A stretch of 32,000 bases of DNA from Opitutia bacterium ISCC 52 (GTDB taxonomy: Bacteria; Verrucomicrobiota; Verrucomicrobiia; Opitutales; UBA2995), in the NCBI GenBank assembly GCA_014529675.2, contig CP076040.1, forward strand, positions 2,095,894 to 2,127,893. The letters run 5' to 3'. A program made the translations under genes and the position numbers. The notes beneath the pieces were generated by a model. It was not told the DNA's origin, did no database searches, and saw only the letters and a list, made by a program, of their open reading frames with translations. Below are positions 28,913 through 32,000 of the stretch, piece by piece; position 1 is the stretch's first letter, and each line of letters starts with the position of its first letter.

Positions 28913-30409
28913 TTATTTGGATCCATGATCAGCTCTTTCCCGGCCTCCGAAATATTTGTCCCGTATCCATTTGGGCTGCCATACGTCCAACGTCCGCTTC
29001 TCATTGTCGTAGACTGGGATTTTAGATTTCGGGTTGGCGACGAGCAGAGGATCTGGATCTCCATATTGATCCCTTGCTTGCTCCATGAGGCCCATCATTC
29101 GTTGGAGTTGCTTTTGATGCTCGGGAGATTCCGCCAAGTTGTTTATTTCATGCGGGTCGTTTTTAAGATCAAAAAGTAGTATGTGATTTATTTTCGGATA
29201 CACGTGCAATTTCCAGCTGCCATCACTGATCGCTCGCTGATTATCCTGGAACGGTAGAAATGCAGTTTTGTGGGCAGATTTCTTTTTTCCAGACATGAGC
29301 GGATTTAGATCAATCGAATCTATGTTCGAAGGCGCTTCAATTCCCGCAAATCCGCAAATGGTCGCGTAAAGGTCATGGACGTAGGAATAGGCCTTGCTCG
29401 ACTTGCCGACTGGCACGCCAGGACCACTTAGGATTAATGGAGCGCGCATGCTCTGTTCGTAAACATTTTGCTTTCCCAGCAAGCCATGGCTGCCCATGCC
29501 TAATCCATGATCAGCGGTGTAGATAATTAGGGTGTTGTCAGCATGCGGTCCGTTTTTGACGGCATCGATGACACGACCTACTTGCTCGTCTAGATGAGTA
29601 ATCAGTCCGTAATATTCACAGAGTTGGTCACTGATTACTTCTGGGGGTCTTGGCCAGGGAGCTAAACCTTCATCACGACCACCCGTAACCTGAGACGCAT
29701 TCGTAAACGGGTGATAGGGTAAATAGTTTTCAGGCAATGGAGGACGGTTGTTGTAATACATCTCACGATACTTGACAGGTGGATTTCGAGTATCGTGTGG
29801 AGCGGTAAGAGCTACGTATAAAAAGAATGGATGCTCTTCATTGGCATCATCAATGAATTCAACGGCTGCATCCGCAAATACCGTGCTGGAAAATCCTCCA
29901 GCTGATCTTTTCGGCGTTAGCTCTCCGTTAACGTAATCCTGAACCACGAAATCCGTGTGATCGACCATGCCGCCCATGTAGACCGATTTGCCATTGGAAA
30001 AAGAAGCCTGGAGCGTTTCCAATCCATTGTGCCATTTCCCAACAATATAAGTGGAGTAGCCCCCTTCTTTTTCCAGAATAGCAGGTAGAATTGGCAGCTT
30101 AGCCCAGCTCCTGGACTTGTTCCCTTCAGGTAAATTCATCCAATGGAGTCCGGTCATTAGCATGGACCGACTGGCTACACAGACTGCCCCGCTGTATGAG
30201 CCGGCACAGTAGTTACGCAAAAAGCTGAATCCACTCTCAGCTAATGAGTCTAGATGAGGCGTTTGAATGTGAGGATTGCCGTGTGCTCCAATGGTGTCCG
30301 CTCGTTGGTCATCGGCAAAAAGAAAGACAATATTAGGTCTCTCTGCTGCCGTGAGGCTGAACTGAGCGAAAAATAGGCAGAGGTTTAGGGTAAGTGGCCA
30401 GGCTTTCAT
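28913..30409 (-). CDS. type I sulfatase (formylglycine-dependent), secreted
   Basis: Signal peptide, then RPNIVFLFADDQRADTIGAHGNPHIQTPHLDSLAESG. Active-site Cys in CVASRSMLMTG, GKWHNG, LYVALTAPHDTRNPP, IYTADHGLGMGSHGLLGKQNVYEQSMRAPLILSGPG. Confidence 0.9.
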   Translation of the reverse strand: MKAWPLTLNLCLFFAQFSLTAAERPNIVFLFADDQRADTIGAHGNPHIQTPHLDSLAESGFSFLRNYCAGSYSGAVCVASRSMLMTGLHWMNLPEGNKSRSWAKLPILPAILEKEGGYSTYIVGKWHNGLETLQASFSNGKSVYMGGMVDHTDFVVQDYVNGELTPKRSAGGFSSTVFADAAVEFIDDANEEHPFFLYVALTAPHDTRNPPVKYREMYYNNRPPLPENYLPYHPFTNASQVTGGRDEGLAPWPRPPEVISDQLCEYYGLITHLDEQVGRVIDAVKNGPHADNTLIIYTADHGLGMGSHGLLGKQNVYEQSMRAPLILSGPGVPVGKSSKAYSYVHDLYATICGFAGIEAPSNIDSIDLNPLMSGKKKSAHKTAFLPFQDNQRAISDGSWKLHVYPKINHILLFDLKNDPHEINNLAESPEHQKQLQRMMGLMEQARDQYGDPDPLLVANPKSKIPVYDNEKRTLDVWQPKWIRDKYFGGRERADHGSK

Positions 30410-30467
30410 ATCCCGAATGATCCTTAGTCCATCAAGCTTTGGCCATCAAAAAACTCTTCCAGAATTA

Positions 30468-31328
30468 TCAAATAAGTCGGTCCAGTTTTTCTCCGACATC
30501 CGCTTTAAAGCGATCTATGAACTCCAGTGTATAGTCTTTAATCGATAAAGATGGATCTAAGACCAAAGGAGTCAGATCCATAGACCAGGTAAGGGCAGTC
30601 GCATCGTCGCTAGAGTGTGAAACAAAGTAAGTGGCATTGGCAAGTCGTCGGCCTGCGGTAGCAAGGTCGTAGCGTTTACCGCCACTGATCTGGGAATCAT
30701 AAAGGGCTACCAGGGACTGGGCCATGTTCTCGTATTGGCTGCAGTCGAGAACCGATTTATCGCTATCCAACATCCAGTCCAGGTCACGCCAGACTTCGCA
30801 GCCATATACCTTCTCGGGTTTTAACGCGTCTGGAAGCTTCCGCAAGGCGGCCAACGATTTAGCTAAAACTGCGATATGCGTATCATGTTTGTCGGCTGGA
30901 TTATGAAGGTACACCGTTTTAGCTCCTGCTTTCTCTAGGATCTGCACCAGGTCTTCGGTCGCGGAATCATTCGAAGTGTCCTTTATCTCAGAGGAACTAT
31001 AGTCCATCTGAAATTGTGCGGCATAATCTCCAACGAATGCGGCCTTATTTTGTTCGTCAGCTCGCACCTGAACCATTTCCTCATCGGTGTAATCTTCGTA
31101 GACCCCGACACGTGAGCTTCCTGCCCCGTTGGTGACAGTGACCCCAGTGAACCATTGGTTGCGTTGACCATAACAGGCAGCAATACCGTTGTAAGCAAAG
31201 ATTTCCAAGTCATCCTGATGCGCGCCAATTGCTAAGTGCGTAGTCTTGCTGAGTGCTGTATTCAGATCAGAACCATCTGGGATATAGGTTTGGGCAGTCG
31301 TCTTATTAAATTCCATGGGTTTACTCAA
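30468..31328 (-). CDS. PIG-L/LmbE family deacetylase
   Basis: THLAIGAHQDDLEIFAYNGI (AHxDD motif), GVTVTNGAGSSRVG, VRADEQNKAAFVG, YLHNPADKHDTHIAV. Confidence 0.8.
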   Translation of the reverse strand: MSKPMEFNKTTAQTYIPDGSDLNTALSKTTHLAIGAHQDDLEIFAYNGIAACYGQRNQWFTGVTVTNGAGSSRVGVYEDYTDEEMVQVRADEQNKAAFVGDYAAQFQMDYSSSEIKDTSNDSATEDLVQILEKAGAKTVYLHNPADKHDTHIAVLAKSLAALRKLPDALKPEKVYGCEVWRDLDWMLDSDKSVLDCSQYENMAQSLVALYDSQISGGKRYDLATAGRRLANATYFVSHSSDDATALTWSMDLTPLVLDPSLSIKDYTLEFIDRFKADVGEKLDRLI

Positions 31329-31582
31329 TGGTTTTAAAATACCGAGATGCGATGAAGAGCAAGGCGCAGTTCACAAGCTTACGCAGGAGTGTAGATGACT
31401 ACATGATCAAGTGGATTGTGGGCTGAAACGCAGCTCATCGCGCATGTCGGTTTTAGCGTTCGGAAGTGTATCGGTAGATGTTCACTTTTAATGAGGTTTT
31501 GAAAATAATTAGAGAGTTTTATACTAGCTCTTTTCTATTTATTTAATGCCTCCACTTGCGAAGGCGATTGAAACTTTTGAGA

Positions 31583-32000
31583 TTAATTTTTTATAACCGG
31601 AAGGCTGGCCGCCGCTACGGCTTGTCCATGACGTTTGTCTTGTTCGTTAGGAGTTCTTAAATTTATTTTATCGGCAAATTCCGGGAACTCTTCCTGAAGG
31701 ACCTGCTTTCCTTTCTCGATTATGATCTCGCCTCCCTCACCGGAAGTCACACGACCGAGAATGAGTAGGTTATGAAAATCATAAAGATCTGCATAGTGAG
31801 CGATGGAATAGCCAAAGTAAGTTCCGATCGTGTCGTAAACTTTTGGGGCTTCATCGCTCCCCCGATTCATTTCTTCCTGGAGGTATTCAAGTTGTTCAGG
31901 AAAACCCATGCCTTCCTCCACTTCAATTCCCGCATGAGGCAATAGGCGTGCCACTGTTTGTTGAGAAAAATACTGTGCCCCTACCCCAATGTCTTCAGAC
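31583..32000 (-). CDS. ROK family (sugar kinase-like) protein, truncated by the window edge
   Basis: C-terminal region TIGTYFGYSIAHYADLYDFHNLLILGRVTSGEGGEIIIEKGKQVL. The frame stays open past the track start (EDIGVGAQYFSQQTVARLLPHAG) to base 2000 of the last kb, the window end. Confidence 0.55.
   Translation of the reverse strand, partial: SEDIGVGAQYFSQQTVARLLPHAGIEVEEGMGFPEQLEYLQEEMNRGSDEAPKVYDTIGTYFGYSIAHYADLYDFHNLLILGRVTSGEGGEIIIEKGKQVLQEEFPEFADKINLRTPNEQDKRHGQAVAAASLPVIKN

Noticed and set aside
1-32000. CRISPR array, integrase, transposase, phage or toxin-antitoxin genes
   Set aside because: No regularly spaced direct repeats or recognisable mobile-element proteins were found on reading the sequence and ORF track.

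Overview
This 32 kb window looks like a chromosomal segment from a Verrucomicrobia- or PVC-like bacterium; that taxonomy is an impression only. The left part is housekeeping: a truncated ECF sigma factor with a putative anti-sigma partner, ruvA, dapB, dapA, a frameshifted pilT, fabD, lepA, lepB and malQ. The most interesting locus is a compact minus-strand cluster (about 18115 down to 10428). It encodes a FabF-like ketosynthase, a dedicated ACP, two CrtI/retinol-saturase-like FAD oxidoreductases, a FabZ-like dehydratase, a FabI-like reductase, an OleA-type condensing enzyme and an OleB-like alpha/beta hydrolase. No OleC, OleD, ketoreductase or malonyl transferase is present in the cluster. The architecture suggests an unusual lipid or hydrocarbon pathway that makes unsaturated or otherwise modified acyl chains, possibly followed by head-to-head condensation. 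The right part holds a galE remnant, an NtrC-type regulator, an RluA-type pseudouridine synthase, altronate dehydratase plus a UxaE-like epimerase, a Tat-signal HAD protein, a tRNA with anticodon CAT, a GNAT protein, a GT-like protein, a sulfatase, a PIG-L-like deacetylase and a truncated ROK-like protein. Four genes carry lesions: single-base frameshifts in pilT, galE and GNAT, and in-frame TGA codons in galE (two) and the GT-like gene (one). I read this as assembly error or pseudogenisation until checked. No CRISPR array or convincing mobile element was seen. All product calls come from reading motifs by eye; no database search was run.
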